In this document: positions 42,582 through 53,298 of the stretch, in pieces
Position numbering within the stretch: the first letter of the stretch is position 1
Layout: every line of letters starts with the position of its first letter
Assembly (NCBI GenBank): GCA_021852345.1
Contig: JAJZNL010000012.1
Location: 286-64,285 of the forward strand
Direction of reading: 5' to 3'
DNA from: Actinomycetes bacterium
GTDB taxonomy: Bacteria > Actinomycetota > Acidimicrobiia > Acidimicrobiales > JABEUL01
Length of the DNA stretch: 64,000 nt
Notes under the pieces: model-generated
Told to the model about the DNA's origin: nothing
The model's input: the letters and a program-made list of their open reading frames with translations, nothing else
The model's database searches: none
Program-made: the position numbers and the translations under genes

Positions 42582-43640
42582 ATGATTTTAAAAAGTAAAT
42601 TTGAAGCTTCGCCTCATCGTATGGTTCCTGGAATGCTCCACATTGAAGGCAGGAGGATGCGTTACGCAGTAACGCTGAGTTCACCGGTTGGTAAAGCCAT
42701 TGAAGTTGAAGAAGCGTTGGCAAAAACCCAGAACCGTCACATTAGACCCGTTAATCATACTTCGGCAACCGAATTTGCGCAAAAACGCCCTAAAATCTGG
42801 CTGGTCAATATTCACGGGTTTTTTGCCGGCGGCGGGATGTACTGGCGTGAAAGTACCTATATTAGCGAATTTGATAACATGTGGGTGTTTAACCCGTCGA
42901 TGCCTGGCTTTGGCGGCAGCGATTCGTTGCCATGGGAAGAACTATCAATGAAAGGGATGGCGCGCAGAGTCATTACCATGATGGATATTTTTGGAATTGA
43001 CAAGGCCGTTATGATGGGTCACTCAATGGGCGGGGCCATATGTCTTCAAATGGCAGCGGACTATCCGGATCGGGTACTGGGAGTGGTCTACAGGGACGGA
43101 GCGGGAACTCCGAGTTGGAAAGACAGAAAGAATACCTTTACCAAGGCATTGGCACCTTTTATACCCGATGCTGCAGGTATTTTGGATCTTTTAATTGCTG
43201 CGGCACTGGACGTGCCAGATTTGGCACTTGGAAAATTCGGCTCGACTTTTAAATCCATATTGCCTGATTTCAGTAAAAATATACGATCGTTAGGCAGAAC
43301 TCTTCCAGCCGCCGCCATGCTTTTCGGTTCAGATTTGTCCGATTTGGCAATCAAAATGGGAAACGATAAAAGTATTCCTTTTTTGGTGGAATGGGGTTTG
43401 TCGGATCAAATAACTCCTTCCAAAACTGCTTACGAGTTTCAGGAGCTAATTAAAGAAGAAATCATATGGCTATTTGGGGGTCATTCCTGGATGTTGGCAA
43501 GGCCGTCAACTCAGTCATGGATTTTTAATTATCATAAATTGGGACAAGAGTTTATCAACAAAGTCAAACAGCGCCAAATTTTGCTGAAGAAATCAACTCA
43601 ACAACAACTGGCTTCGGTAACTTCGATTCAACGTCACTAG
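42582..43640 (+). CDS. Alpha/beta-fold hydrolase
   Basis: NIHG, PGFGGS, GHSMGG nucleophile elbow, GGHSW. Confidence 0.85.
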   Translation: MILKSKFEASPHRMVPGMLHIEGRRMRYAVTLSSPVGKAIEVEEALAKTQNRHIRPVNHTSATEFAQKRPKIWLVNIHGFFAGGGMYWRESTYISEFDNMWVFNPSMPGFGGSDSLPWEELSMKGMARRVITMMDIFGIDKAVMMGHSMGGAICLQMAADYPDRVLGVVYRDGAGTPSWKDRKNTFTKALAPFIPDAAGILDLLIAAALDVPDLALGKFGSTFKSILPDFSKNIRSLGRTLPAAAMLFGSDLSDLAIKMGNDKSIPFLVEWGLSDQITPSKTAYEFQELIKEEIIWLFGGHSWMLARPSTQSWIFNYHKLGQEFINKVKQRQILLKKSTQQQLASVTSIQRH

Positions 43641-43821
43641 AGCATCGAAATTTACAATTCATACCTTCTCGTTCACAGACTAAATCATTTCAGTCGTGCG
43701 ATTAATACTGGTCGTTCTAACGGTATTCTTAAACTGGTATATTTTAAATTGGAAAAATTTTCGAAAGTTTGATAGTTTTTATTTCGAAACATATTCCGTT
43801 TATTTACAATCCGGAGGAATT

Positions 43822-45072
43822 ATGAACTTAAAGCTTGAAGATACGCCTGAACACCTCGCGTTTAGAAAGGAGTTTATTACATGGTTACAATCCGTGCTTC
43901 CTTTAGGGTGGATTGAAGGTATCAGAGATGGGGACGAAGAACTTTTTAAAGAGGCCAGGGCCAAATGGGACGTGCTTACCTGGATGAAAACAATCGGCGA
44001 CAGCGGTTATGCCGCTCCGCTTTGGCCGATCGAATACGGTGGGTTGTCGGGACATACGTGGATGCAGCAAATTATTCGTGAAGAACTCGGAAACTATCGC
44101 TTGCCGCTTGCAGGCTTTAATCTACTTGGAGTCGGTTTGGCCGGCCCAACAATAATTGAGCACGGATCTCAAGGTCAAAAAGAGAGATATCTTAAGAAAA
44201 TATTGACTGGCGAAGAAATATGGTGTCAGTTGTTTAGTGAGCCAGGATCAGGCTCAGATTTGGCTTCGGTTGCAACCAGAGCCGTAAAAGACGGAGACGA
44301 GTGGATTATAAACGGTCAAAAAGTCTGGACGACAATCGCTCAGTTTTCTAAATTTGGAATGCTTCTGGCACGCACCGATCCTGATAAGCCAAAACATGAA
44401 GGTCTTTCGTACTTCATTTTGGATATGAAAACTCCTGGAGTTGACGTAAGGCCGTTAAAACAAATGACTGGGTCATCGGAATTTAACGAAGTATTTTTTA
44501 GCGATGTCAGAATTCCGGCCGAAAACTTAGTCGGCTCAGAAGGAGACGGTTGGCGATGCGCCAGAACCACCTTAATGAACGAAAGATCCACATTAGCGGG
44601 CCTGTCGATCGATGAGACGACCTTTATCGGCGGAAGCGCCAGGAAAGACCCGTGGCAACTGTTTGTTGACATGATTCCAAATACAAAAGATCCTCAAATC
44701 AGACAGAAAATGGCTCAATTCTATATTGAGTCTACGGTTAAAGAGATTACGGGTTTGAGGGCTAATTTGAAGAGAATGCGAGGAGAAACTCCGGGTCCCG
44801 AAGGCGGTGTAAACAAAGTGTTTAATGCCGAATACAACAAACGAAAATCTTCCTTTACTGTTGATGCAAACGGTATGAGAGCTATAGCGTGGGCGAAAGA
44901 TGACTCGACCGCCGAAGGCATAGCAACGAGATTTTTGCGCGCTCGCGCAAATACGATCGAAGGCGGAACCTCTGAGATTTTGCGAAACCAAATGTCTGAG
45001 AGGATATTGGGTTTGCCCAGAGAGATTGAAGTCGACAAAGACGTACCATTTAAGGAGATAAAAAGACAGTGA
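43822..45072 (+). CDS. Acyl-CoA dehydrogenase (start moved to ATG 43822 behind SD GGAGG)
   Basis: WCQLFSEPGSGSDLA, NGQKVWT, FNEVFF, TIEGGTSEI. Confidence 0.93.
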   Translation: MNLKLEDTPEHLAFRKEFITWLQSVLPLGWIEGIRDGDEELFKEARAKWDVLTWMKTIGDSGYAAPLWPIEYGGLSGHTWMQQIIREELGNYRLPLAGFNLLGVGLAGPTIIEHGSQGQKERYLKKILTGEEIWCQLFSEPGSGSDLASVATRAVKDGDEWIINGQKVWTTIAQFSKFGMLLARTDPDKPKHEGLSYFILDMKTPGVDVRPLKQMTGSSEFNEVFFSDVRIPAENLVGSEGDGWRCARTTLMNERSTLAGLSIDETTFIGGSARKDPWQLFVDMIPNTKDPQIRQKMAQFYIESTVKEITGLRANLKRMRGETPGPEGGVNKVFNAEYNKRKSSFTVDANGMRAIAWAKDDSTAEGIATRFLRARANTIEGGTSEILRNQMSERILGLPREIEVDKDVPFKEIKRQ

Positions 45073-45764
45073 TCTCAGAAGATCAAGTATCTATCGAACG
45101 CGATGATTCCGAAGGCTTACAGACGCGGTTGGTTAGGCGGGCGAACTCACAGGATGAAAAAGAACAACGGCGACTGGACATTTTAGTTGCGGCAAAAAAA
45201 ATATTCGCCGAGAAGGGATATAACGCAACATCTATTTCCGATATTGCCAAAGAGGCTAACCTTTCTTACGGATCGGTATATTGGTATTTTGACTCGAAAG
45301 AAAGCTTGTTTGAGGAATTAATGACCTTTGAAGAAGAGGAGCTTAAGACTCATATTCAGACGCAAATAGAGATGGATCCTAAAAACAGCGATCCCTTGTT
45401 AGCTCTAACGGCTGCCATAGAAGCGACACTGACATTTTTTGAACTTAATAAAGATCTTTTAAAGTTGCTTTTTAGGGATTCTTTGGCGCTCGGAGATCGA
45501 TTTGAGGCTCATCTGTACAATATCTATGGCGGCTTCGCTACCATGCTTGAAGAGAATATAGTGTTTTATCAGAACACAGGTAACGTGATCAAAGGTTCAT
45601 CCAAGCTTATTGCATTTGCAATCACATCTCTGATAACCCAGTTCGCACATCGAAGATTTGTTACCGACGACAATATGAGTGCACATGATTTGGCTGTGTT
45701 TATAACAGAATTGATAATGTTTGGCATTATACCGAGACACAGTAATATAAAGATGAAAGGCTAA
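45069..45764 (+). CDS. TetR family transcriptional regulator
   Basis: ILVAAKKIFAEKGY..TSISDIAKEA..SYGSVYWYFDSKE helix-turn-helix. Confidence 0.92.
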   Translation: MISEDQVSIERDDSEGLQTRLVRRANSQDEKEQRRLDILVAAKKIFAEKGYNATSISDIAKEANLSYGSVYWYFDSKESLFEELMTFEEEELKTHIQTQIEMDPKNSDPLLALTAAIEATLTFFELNKDLLKLLFRDSLALGDRFEAHLYNIYGGFATMLEENIVFYQNTGNVIKGSSKLIAFAITSLITQFAHRRFVTDDNMSAHDLAVFITELIMFGIIPRHSNIKMKG

Positions 45765-45765
45765 T

Positions 45766-47280
45766 ATGGATCCAGATAGAACGCCGGTAATTTTGTCTGT
45801 TGGACAAGTTACGTACAAAGGAGAAGATCTTAAGGCGGCTCAGGACTTACTCACAGAAGCTGCCCAGATAGCTGTAGATGAAGCCAATTCGAAACAATCG
45901 GGGATGCAAGTTCAAAACTTTATTGACAAAGTGGTGGTGGTAAATATCTTGGGTAAAAAGGTGGAAGCACCAGCAGGGCTTCTGGCCCAATCCTTAAAGA
46001 TCGAAGACGCCAAATGTTACTACACTACAGTTGGCGGTAATACCCCCCAGTATTTGGTAAATAAATATTCTAAAGAGATAGCTGACGGCAAAACGACGGC
46101 AGTTTTAATCTCTGGAGCCGAAGCTATGGCTTCTTCCAAAAAATATAAACACCAGAAGACTGAAGGAGTTCTGTCGAACTTAGATAAAGTAGATAAAGAG
46201 TATAAAGTTCAGTCCGATATTTTATTAGGTGAAGATAGAGTAGGTTTAAGCGAGCAAGAGATTGAGGCAGGTTTGATATCGCCCGCCCACGTCTATCCGA
46301 TGTTTGAAGCCGTGATTGCAAAAAATGAAGGTAGATCCATACTCCAGCAGAGGAAATACATTTCGGAACTGTTTGCCCATTTTACCGAGGTTGCGGCAAA
46401 AAATGAGTTTGCCTGGTTTAGAACGCCTTTGAGTTCCACTGAACTCGCCGAAATGTCCAGCGACAACAGACCCATAGCAGATCCGTACCTAAAGTTGCAC
46501 TGTGCATTCTTGGGCTCGGATCAGGGTGCTGCGTATATATTGACTTCGTTGGCTGTAGCACAAACGCTTAAGATGCAAGACGAGGTAATTTTTGTCCATT
46601 CGGGTGCGGATGCCACCGATATTTGGAACTTTTCGGCTAGGCCCGAATATGGCATTTCAGAGGGAATCAAACTTGCGGCAACATCGTGCCTAGAAGTTGT
46701 CGGTCTTACGATTGACGACATAAATTTTATAGATTTTTATGCATGTTTCCCGTCGCCGGTTGAGCTTGCAATTAAGGCGCTGGGACTTTCTGTTAAAGAC
46801 TCTAGGGGTTTTACGGTTACTGGTGGGCTGCCATACTTTGGCGGACCGGGCAATAACTACGTATCCCATTCGATCGCAAAAATGACTGAAATCCTAAGAG
46901 AAAACGACGGATTTGGTTTAGTAAGTGGTCTCGGATGGTATGTCACAAAGCATTCCTACGGAATTTATTCGAATAAACCGCCTACTTCTGGTTTTAAAAT
47001 GGCAGATACACAACACGGTCAAGGGCAAATCGACTCAAAAGAGATAACTGTTCAAAAGAATGCTGAACTAACACCGCAGAGTGCCAAAATAGTTACGGCT
47101 TCACCCGCTTACGGTCCCATGGGTGATGTTTTTATGGTACCAGCGATACTGGAATTAAGAGATGGATTGCGCGCAGTATTGCCTTGCGGTGAACGTGATT
47201 TAAATGAATTCAAAGAAGTCGAACTCGTTGACAAAACAGTTGAAATAAGAGGTGAGCAACCGCGATGGTTTCTTGGGTAA
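45766..47280 (+). CDS. Thiolase-like protein (acetyl-CoA acetyltransferase-like)
   Basis: RTPVILSVGQ, GGNTPQ, DFYACFP, TVTGGLPYFGGPGNNY. Confidence 0.85.
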   Translation: MDPDRTPVILSVGQVTYKGEDLKAAQDLLTEAAQIAVDEANSKQSGMQVQNFIDKVVVVNILGKKVEAPAGLLAQSLKIEDAKCYYTTVGGNTPQYLVNKYSKEIADGKTTAVLISGAEAMASSKKYKHQKTEGVLSNLDKVDKEYKVQSDILLGEDRVGLSEQEIEAGLISPAHVYPMFEAVIAKNEGRSILQQRKYISELFAHFTEVAAKNEFAWFRTPLSSTELAEMSSDNRPIADPYLKLHCAFLGSDQGAAYILTSLAVAQTLKMQDEVIFVHSGADATDIWNFSARPEYGISEGIKLAATSCLEVVGLTIDDINFIDFYACFPSPVELAIKALGLSVKDSRGFTVTGGLPYFGGPGNNYVSHSIAKMTEILRENDGFGLVSGLGWYVTKHSYGIYSNKPPTSGFKMADTQHGQGQIDSKEITVQKNAELTPQSAKIVTASPAYGPMGDVFMVPAILELRDGLRAVLPCGERDLNEFKEVELVDKTVEIRGEQPRWFLG

Positions 47281-47407
47281 AATTAATTTGATTTGATCAA
47301 CCAGTAAAAAATTGCATTTCAGTGCTTCGTTTTGATAGCATTAAAGACTGCAAGAGTAATATAAATCAATTATTTCTAATAACATTGAACATAACAGGAG
47401 TAATATC

Positions 47408-48175
47408 ATGACAATCCTTAGGGAAAAAAGAGATCACGTCGAAATTATAACGATAAACAGACCCGAAGCCCGAAATGCAATTGACGGACCGACCTCAACG
47501 GCGATAGGCAGTGCGTTGGATGAAATCGAAGAAGACAAAGACGTATGGGTCGTAATTATTACTGGAGCGGGAGATAAGGCATTCTGTGCCGGAATGGATC
47601 TTAAAGCTTTTGCGGCTGGGCAAATAGGGGAGATTGCTTCTCCCAAATACGGTTTCGCAGGTATTGCTAAAAGAAATTACCCCAAACCCATCATAGCTGC
47701 TGTCAACGGAGCTGCATTGGCCGGCGGATGTGAGATAATGCTTTCCTGCGATTTGGTGGTCGCTTCTGAAACTGCAATATTTGGAATTCCCGAAGTCAAG
47801 AGGGGGCTTATTGCTGGAGGCGGTGGATTGATTCGTTTGCATAGAAGACTGCCGTTGTCGATTGCCCTCGAATTAGCGCTTACGGGAGAGCCAATTGATG
47901 CAAAACGAGCAATGAATCTGGGCCTTGTTAACAGGGTAGTGCCTCAAGATAAGGTTCTTGAAGAGGCGCTGTCGTTGGCAAATGTCATTGCGGACAATTC
48001 CCCTATCGCAGTTCGTAACTCGAAGAAGGTTATATACGATACCTTAAGTTCTTCGGGAGACGATGCCTGGAAGATATCAGATTCTGCATTTGGACAAATC
48101 TTTGTTTCAACCGACGCCATGGAGGGAGCGATTGCCTTTGCCGAAAAACGTAAGCCAAACTGGGGCGCAATTTAA
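47408..48175 (+). CDS. Enoyl-CoA hydratase/crotonase
   Basis: INRPEARNA, FCAGMDLK, AAVNG.ALAGGCE, FGIPEVKRGL. Confidence 0.93.
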   Translation: MTILREKRDHVEIITINRPEARNAIDGPTSTAIGSALDEIEEDKDVWVVIITGAGDKAFCAGMDLKAFAAGQIGEIASPKYGFAGIAKRNYPKPIIAAVNGAALAGGCEIMLSCDLVVASETAIFGIPEVKRGLIAGGGGLIRLHRRLPLSIALELALTGEPIDAKRAMNLGLVNRVVPQDKVLEEALSLANVIADNSPIAVRNSKKVIYDTLSSSGDDAWKISDSAFGQIFVSTDAMEGAIAFAEKRKPNWGAI

Positions 48176-48485
48176 ACTATAATTTTTTATCTTTCTGGAT
48201 CCATGGGTTAATAGATGCAGTCTCCACTGGGAGTTTTTAAGATTGATGCGACCAAAGCAGTAATGTTTCGCTCACCAGTAACAAGATATTTGTACCGCAT
48301 AAAGGATCAAGACTGGCCCTTTGGAATACGTATCAAACATCATGATCTTGTTAGCTGAAAAGTTGTTGTTTGGGTTTTTGGCTAATTGATTTTAGTTAAT
48401 TTTTGCAACTCACAGGCTGCTTTAAAAAAAAGATAATTTTAACGAGTTTTTTGTCGGCCAAGTTGCCATATTATAATACTTAGAT

Positions 48486-48932
48486 ATGTTTATTTCAACA
48501 GTCTCATTGATAAGTTCGAACGTACCTCACCTCAGTTCTGCATTAAACGGAATAAGGCTAAGTCTGCACGTTTTGGCTGCGGCCGTTTGGGTTGGTGGAC
48601 AGATCGTTTTGGCGGGTTTGGTACCGAAAGTTCGTAAGGTCAGCCCCGAAGTTTTGTCTGCAATTGCCAATCAATTCGCCAAAATGGCATGGCCGGCATT
48701 TGTGGTCTTGGTGCTTACCGGACTTTGGAATGCATCGGCAATTGATTTTTCGGCTACCTCTTGGGCTTGGAAAGTTGTTTTTATAATAAAGCTTGTTTTA
48801 GTTGTTGTGACTGGGCTGGCTTCTTTTTTGCACACAAAAGCAAAAAGCAAAAAACTAATCGCAGCATGGGGATCCGTTGCTGGGACCTCGGCAATCGCAG
48901 TGCTTGTATTGGGTATATTTATAACCGGGTAA
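48486..48932 (+). CDS. CopD-like 4-TM membrane protein
   Basis: LHVLAAAVWVGGQ, LVLTGLWN, KLVLV. Confidence 0.65.
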   Translation: MFISTVSLISSNVPHLSSALNGIRLSLHVLAAAVWVGGQIVLAGLVPKVRKVSPEVLSAIANQFAKMAWPAFVVLVLTGLWNASAIDFSATSWAWKVVFIIKLVLVVVTGLASFLHTKAKSKKLIAAWGSVAGTSAIAVLVLGIFITG

Positions 48933-49163
48933 CGTCTGCCATGGAGGTTAAGCCGTGGCAGTTGTAGAGGAGTGCAAATCGTAACGGTTAAATGTTCTGA
49001 TAAATACATCGATGGTCTAAGAACCGATCACCCCTTCGTGCACTTAAGAAATCAAATTTCGCGATGGCAATATATGACATCTAGACCCAAAATTGATGTA
49101 AACTAATAAATAGGTTCACTTAAGTATTGTGAGTATTGTCCACTTAAGAATGATCCTTTGTAA

Positions 49164-49379
49164 ATGGAGTATTTTATGTCTGTTGTTTTAGCAGAATTGT
49201 TCGGCGGAGATCTTCCGATTATATTGGTAATCGTAGCAGTACTGTTACTTTTTGGTGGAACTAAGCTTCCAAAATTTGCCCGAGGTCTGGGTTCAGCTTC
49301 CCATGAATTTAAAAAAGGGTTGGAAGAAGGAGCCGAAGGATCAAAATCAGGAACTACGTCAACTGAAGATCAAAAATAG
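49164..49379 (+). CDS. tatA: Twin-arginine translocase TatA/E subunit
   Basis: LLLFGGTKLPKFARGLG...EFKKG. Confidence 0.92.
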   Translation: MEYFMSVVLAELFGGDLPIILVIVAVLLLFGGTKLPKFARGLGSASHEFKKGLEEGAEGSKSGTTSTEDQK

Positions 49380-50099
49380 AAAATTTGACAATTAGACCGA
49401 TTATTTTAAACGTTAGTTTAATTTAGCGATGTATTAAGTCAGTAGATTGTGTACAGCGTATTGCGTGCCGTGTAAAGTTTTTCAATCTGTGACATCAGAA
49501 GGTTTGGCCATTCTTTCATAGGCTTTCCTTAACCTTTATTTAGGTTTTATACTTTCTATTAAACGGTAATTCAACCAAATAGCAACTTCTTAAATTTAGA
49601 GTTGTGAACGCACATATATACAAGATTTAAATATCTGAAATCTGTTAGCAGTGATCCAAACGGCTGAATCACTCAAGTCTATTGATTCCGTACACGAAGC
49701 TAGTCCCTTTGATACTTGATTGAACTGAAATAATCGTTTATATAAATGACAAATTGTCGTCAGCAAAGTCGGATGTGCCAAGCCTTCATTTAATTAATTG
49801 TTTCAAGCATAATTTTGAATCATATTAGGTTAAATCTAATTAGTTAATAGCAGGCGTATCCACGAGTGTTAACTGCTAATACTCTAGGCCTTGATATTTA
49901 ATATTAATACATACATTGATACATTTGGTCAGGTCGAAATCTCGATTAAAGGTGTACCATAATGTTGTGGAAGTGATAAAATAATTTATTGATCAGCTGT
50001 TTGAAAAGCGGTTGAATCGGGTCGTTTTTAAAAATCGTGATCTGGCAATTTCGATAAGTTTTTGAGATACTTAATAACTATTGAAGTTGTCCGGGCAGC

Positions 50100-50148
50100 G
50101 TAAATATACATAGTAAAAATACCGCGTAAAAATACAGCCTAAATATAC
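50100..50148. repeat. Four 10-bp direct repeats (g/c)taaa(t/a)atac at 13-bp period
   Basis: Copies at 50100, 50113, 50126 and 50139 in the long tatA-ctaC spacer. Confidence 0.6.
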
Positions 50149-50492
50149 TGGCAGCATAGATATCTACCAGTATAGATTTACTTGGGTAGAGGATAACCGG
50201 GTAAGGTATGTAATGGTAAGCGCATAATGCGTGTAACTGGTATGAGCTTGGTTACAGATGTCGTTGTAACGATTTTAGATTCGGTTCCACTTATATTTAT
50301 CAGAGGTCGCAATTAATTAAATAATTAAAATTAAATAATTATATGTATTGGAAATCTGTTGATTTGAAAAATCGCTATGTATGACATGAACCCGTAATAA
50401 ACTCAAATATATTGCCGAATGTCATCGCTTATGCCTTTTAATTGATAACTGTTGTTTGACCTAGAGATGGAATTAAGATTTAAAGATAAGAT

Positions 50493-51320
50493 ATGAATTT
50501 GAAACTGATTAAAAAATTTAAAGATAAAAAATCCGCAAAACAGATTTCTACAGTTGCTGCAATAACTGTTGCGGGAATATTTTTAGGAGGATGTCAAGTC
50601 CCGTCGTTTGGATTGTACAGAGGATCTACGACTCAAGGTCAAGACACATTTAAGATTTTTGTGGGATTTATTATAGCATCGCTGATTGTGGGCGGCATCG
50701 TTTGGCTTCTGATGTTTTGGGCTATGTTTAGGTATCGCCGCAAAAAGGGCGACGATTCGGTACCGAAGCAGTTCCACGAAAATCGTATTGTGGAAATTAT
50801 ATACACGATTATCCCGTTTATTATTGTTTGCGGACTCTTTTATTTTACGGTTTTGACGGAAAATAATGTAGATGCCGTAAGCGCACATCCTTATGTAAAC
50901 GTAAAAGTTACGGCATTTCAGTGGGGCTGGAAATTTGCATATACATTTGATGAAAATGGTGTTATTAAAAAATCTCTGGTTTTCGGCTCAGATGCTGGTA
51001 GCAGCTATTCGACCCACAATGTACCCGTTGCAGTTATGCCGGTGGGCGAGCCTATTAAAATTACGTTGGTATCCAATGACGTAGTCCATGGCTTTTATGT
51101 TCCGGCATTTAATTTTTCCCGTTACGCACAACCAGGATATACGAACTATTTTGATCTGAATATTGTAAAAGCAGGTTACTATCCGGGAAGGTGCACTCAA
51201 TATTGCGGTGTTTATCATACTGAAATGTTGTTTGGCATAAAAGCAGTATCACCGGGTGACTTTGTTAATTGGATAAATACACATCCGGCTAGCTTAAAGT
51301 CATTGGTTCATACAGGTTAG
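50493..51320 (+). CDS. ctaC: Cytochrome c oxidase subunit II
   Basis: Lipobox-like LGGC, EIIYT, AFQWGW, DVVHGF, CuA motif CTQYCGVYHTEM. Confidence 0.94.
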   Translation: MNLKLIKKFKDKKSAKQISTVAAITVAGIFLGGCQVPSFGLYRGSTTQGQDTFKIFVGFIIASLIVGGIVWLLMFWAMFRYRRKKGDDSVPKQFHENRIVEIIYTIIPFIIVCGLFYFTVLTENNVDAVSAHPYVNVKVTAFQWGWKFAYTFDENGVIKKSLVFGSDAGSSYSTHNVPVAVMPVGEPIKITLVSNDVVHGFYVPAFNFSRYAQPGYTNYFDLNIVKAGYYPGRCTQYCGVYHTEMLFGIKAVSPGDFVNWINTHPASLKSLVHTG

Positions 51321-51338
51321 GAATTAAAGGAGAGTTTT

Positions 51339-51731
51339 ATGAAAGTAGAAGCCAAACTTCTATTAGTGATCGCAACGTTCTTTTTGGTGCTAACTTTGGT
51401 CTATTCCATTTGGTCTAGGGAATATGCGGGAAGCATAATGTTGGCTGGCTCGGTGTTGTTGGCCGCCGTCCCCGGATCTTATTACCTGTTTTGGTCTCAT
51501 CGTATGGATCCAAGGCCTGAAGATAGAGAAGAAGCAACCTTAAAAGATGGTGCTGGAATTGTAGCTGCATTCCCCGACTCGTCGGTCTGGCCGTTTATAT
51601 TTGGTATCGGCGCAGCTTTGATTGGGCTGGGTCTTGTATTTGGAATTTGGACAGCTTTGGTGGGTGGATTTATGGTCGTTTCCGCGATGGTTGGGGTCGC
51701 TGCTGAGTCAAGACGTGGCGGACGTATATAG
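51339..51731 (+). CDS. ctaF: Cytochrome c oxidase subunit IV (actinobacterial)
   Basis: MKVEAK, RPEDREEA, FPDSSVWP; follows ctaC. Confidence 0.88.
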   Translation: MKVEAKLLLVIATFFLVLTLVYSIWSREYAGSIMLAGSVLLAAVPGSYYLFWSHRMDPRPEDREEATLKDGAGIVAAFPDSSVWPFIFGIGAALIGLGLVFGIWTALVGGFMVVSAMVGVAAESRRGGRI

Positions 51732-51743
51732 CCAAGTCCAAAT

Positions 51744-53297
51744 GTGAAGATTACCTGTGTCGGTCATGCGGGTCTGCTGATAGAAACTGAGTCGACTTCT
51801 ATTCTGTGCGATCCTTGGTTTAATGAAGCTTATCTTAACTCGTGGATTCCCTTCCCGTCAAATGAGCACGTGGAACAAGATAAACTGCTTCACTGTGATT
51901 TTTTATTTATTTCAAGCTCGGGACAAGATAGATGTGATGTTGAGTTTTTAGGTAGAGTCGACAAAGCCGTGGCGGTAATACTTCCCGACTTCAAAAGCTT
52001 CAATTTGCAAAATATTTTAATTGACTTGGGTTTTTATAATTTTATTCATATCCCAAACAATATTGTTTTCAAATTAACGAATTCTCTAGAAATAATAGTG
52101 TCAACAAACAGCTCAAATATGTACGGTGCAATGCCAACTGCGACCATTGCTATCGGCGATGGAATAAATAGTATTTTTGTTCAGACAAATCAATTGGATA
52201 AAAAAAGCAAAGATTTGACTACTTTTAAACAATATGATATTCACTTTGCACAAATTGCTGCGCCCAGTTGGTATCCCATGGTGACCGAAAATCCTGAATC
52301 AATCAAGGATATCTTAAGTAAACAGTTAAGAAATGAGCAGATGCAAGGTTTTTTGGAAGTGATAAAGACTTTTAATGCCAAAGTTGTGGTGCCCTACGGC
52401 GGACCGCCGTGCTTTCTGGATAAAGATCTGTTTTATCTAAACGATGTCGATAGCTTTGAGACAGGTTCCAAGCTTTTCGTGGATGCCTATTCGGCCATAC
52501 AATATCTTCAAAATAATGGAATTGAAAACACGTTATTGGCGTATCCGGAAACCGAAATTGTTATCGAAGGAAATTTTATAAAACTCACTACGCCAAATCT
52601 TCAAAGCAAAGGTCTAGACATAGCCTACGTCGATAAAAAAAGGTATTTGACCTCTTTGGCAAACAAAAGATGCAAAGAGAGTATGCCTGATAAAGAGAGG
52701 CCTACAACTGATCTTTTAAAACAAAGTTATCTATTGGAAAAGCTGTGCGAGTTTATCGAGCCCATCGTCCCGGAATTAAATTTAATTAGGGTCGGACTAA
52801 ATGGCAGAATTTTAATATCGACGCATACCGAGTCGGTCGTTATCGATCTGTTGGATTTGAAGATCGAGAAATTTTCTGGTCAACTATGTAGATTTAAGTT
52901 TTATATTGAAGATGATGTTTTGAAGCGGGCCATTGAATCGAGTAATAATGAAGCTTTTAAGTCCTTGTTTTATTCCTGTAGATTTGCAACGGAGTTGGAC
53001 GGTTTTAATAATGACCTGGTTTATGCATTTTTGATGGCACTTTCGCCCGAAGCGATAGAGAACCTGGAAGCGGTATTAGAAAAGAATCCAAAAATCTCTG
53101 ACGAGGCAGAAATTAATGGCTACAGAATTCAAAGATATTGTCCTCACCTTAAAGCCGATTTAAGTCAATATGGTCAAATAGATCAGAATATTATTACCTG
53201 CACCGTGCACGGATGGCAATTTGACTTAGAGTCCGGCAAATGTATAACTCAAGATGACAGAAAGTTGTTCGTTAAAAAGCTAAATAACAAAAAGTAA
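51744..53297 (+). CDS. MBL-fold / C-terminal Rieske [2Fe-2S] fusion protein
   Basis: GHAG..IET, CDPWF at the N-terminus; CPHLKADL...CTVHGWQFD Rieske motif; MBL His motif degenerate. Confidence 0.8.
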   Translation: MKITCVGHAGLLIETESTSILCDPWFNEAYLNSWIPFPSNEHVEQDKLLHCDFLFISSSGQDRCDVEFLGRVDKAVAVILPDFKSFNLQNILIDLGFYNFIHIPNNIVFKLTNSLEIIVSTNSSNMYGAMPTATIAIGDGINSIFVQTNQLDKKSKDLTTFKQYDIHFAQIAAPSWYPMVTENPESIKDILSKQLRNEQMQGFLEVIKTFNAKVVVPYGGPPCFLDKDLFYLNDVDSFETGSKLFVDAYSAIQYLQNNGIENTLLAYPETEIVIEGNFIKLTTPNLQSKGLDIAYVDKKRYLTSLANKRCKESMPDKERPTTDLLKQSYLLEKLCEFIEPIVPELNLIRVGLNGRILISTHTESVVIDLLDLKIEKFSGQLCRFKFYIEDDVLKRAIESSNNEAFKSLFYSCRFATELDGFNNDLVYAFLMALSPEAIENLEAVLEKNPKISDEAEINGYRIQRYCPHLKADLSQYGQIDQNIITCTVHGWQFDLESGKCITQDDRKLFVKKLNNKK

Positions 53298-53298
53298 T

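Noticed and set aside
43696-43821. N-terminal extension of the acyl-CoA dehydrogenase in the ORF track
   Set aside because: A clear SD GGAGG before ATG 43822 marks the likely real start; the upstream part is AT-rich non-coding sequence
48972-49106. Small GTG-started ORF after AGAGGA between the copD-like gene and tatA
   Set aside because: Zero SD-start spacing and no recognisable features
49596-49781. 61-aa ORF in the tatA-ctaC spacer
   Set aside because: No SD, no motif, and composition like the surrounding non-coding DNA
50493-51731. Absence of ctaD (subunit I) between ctaC and ctaF
   Set aside because: ctaD is encoded separately in several actinobacteria such as mycobacteria and corynebacteria; one window cannot show loss
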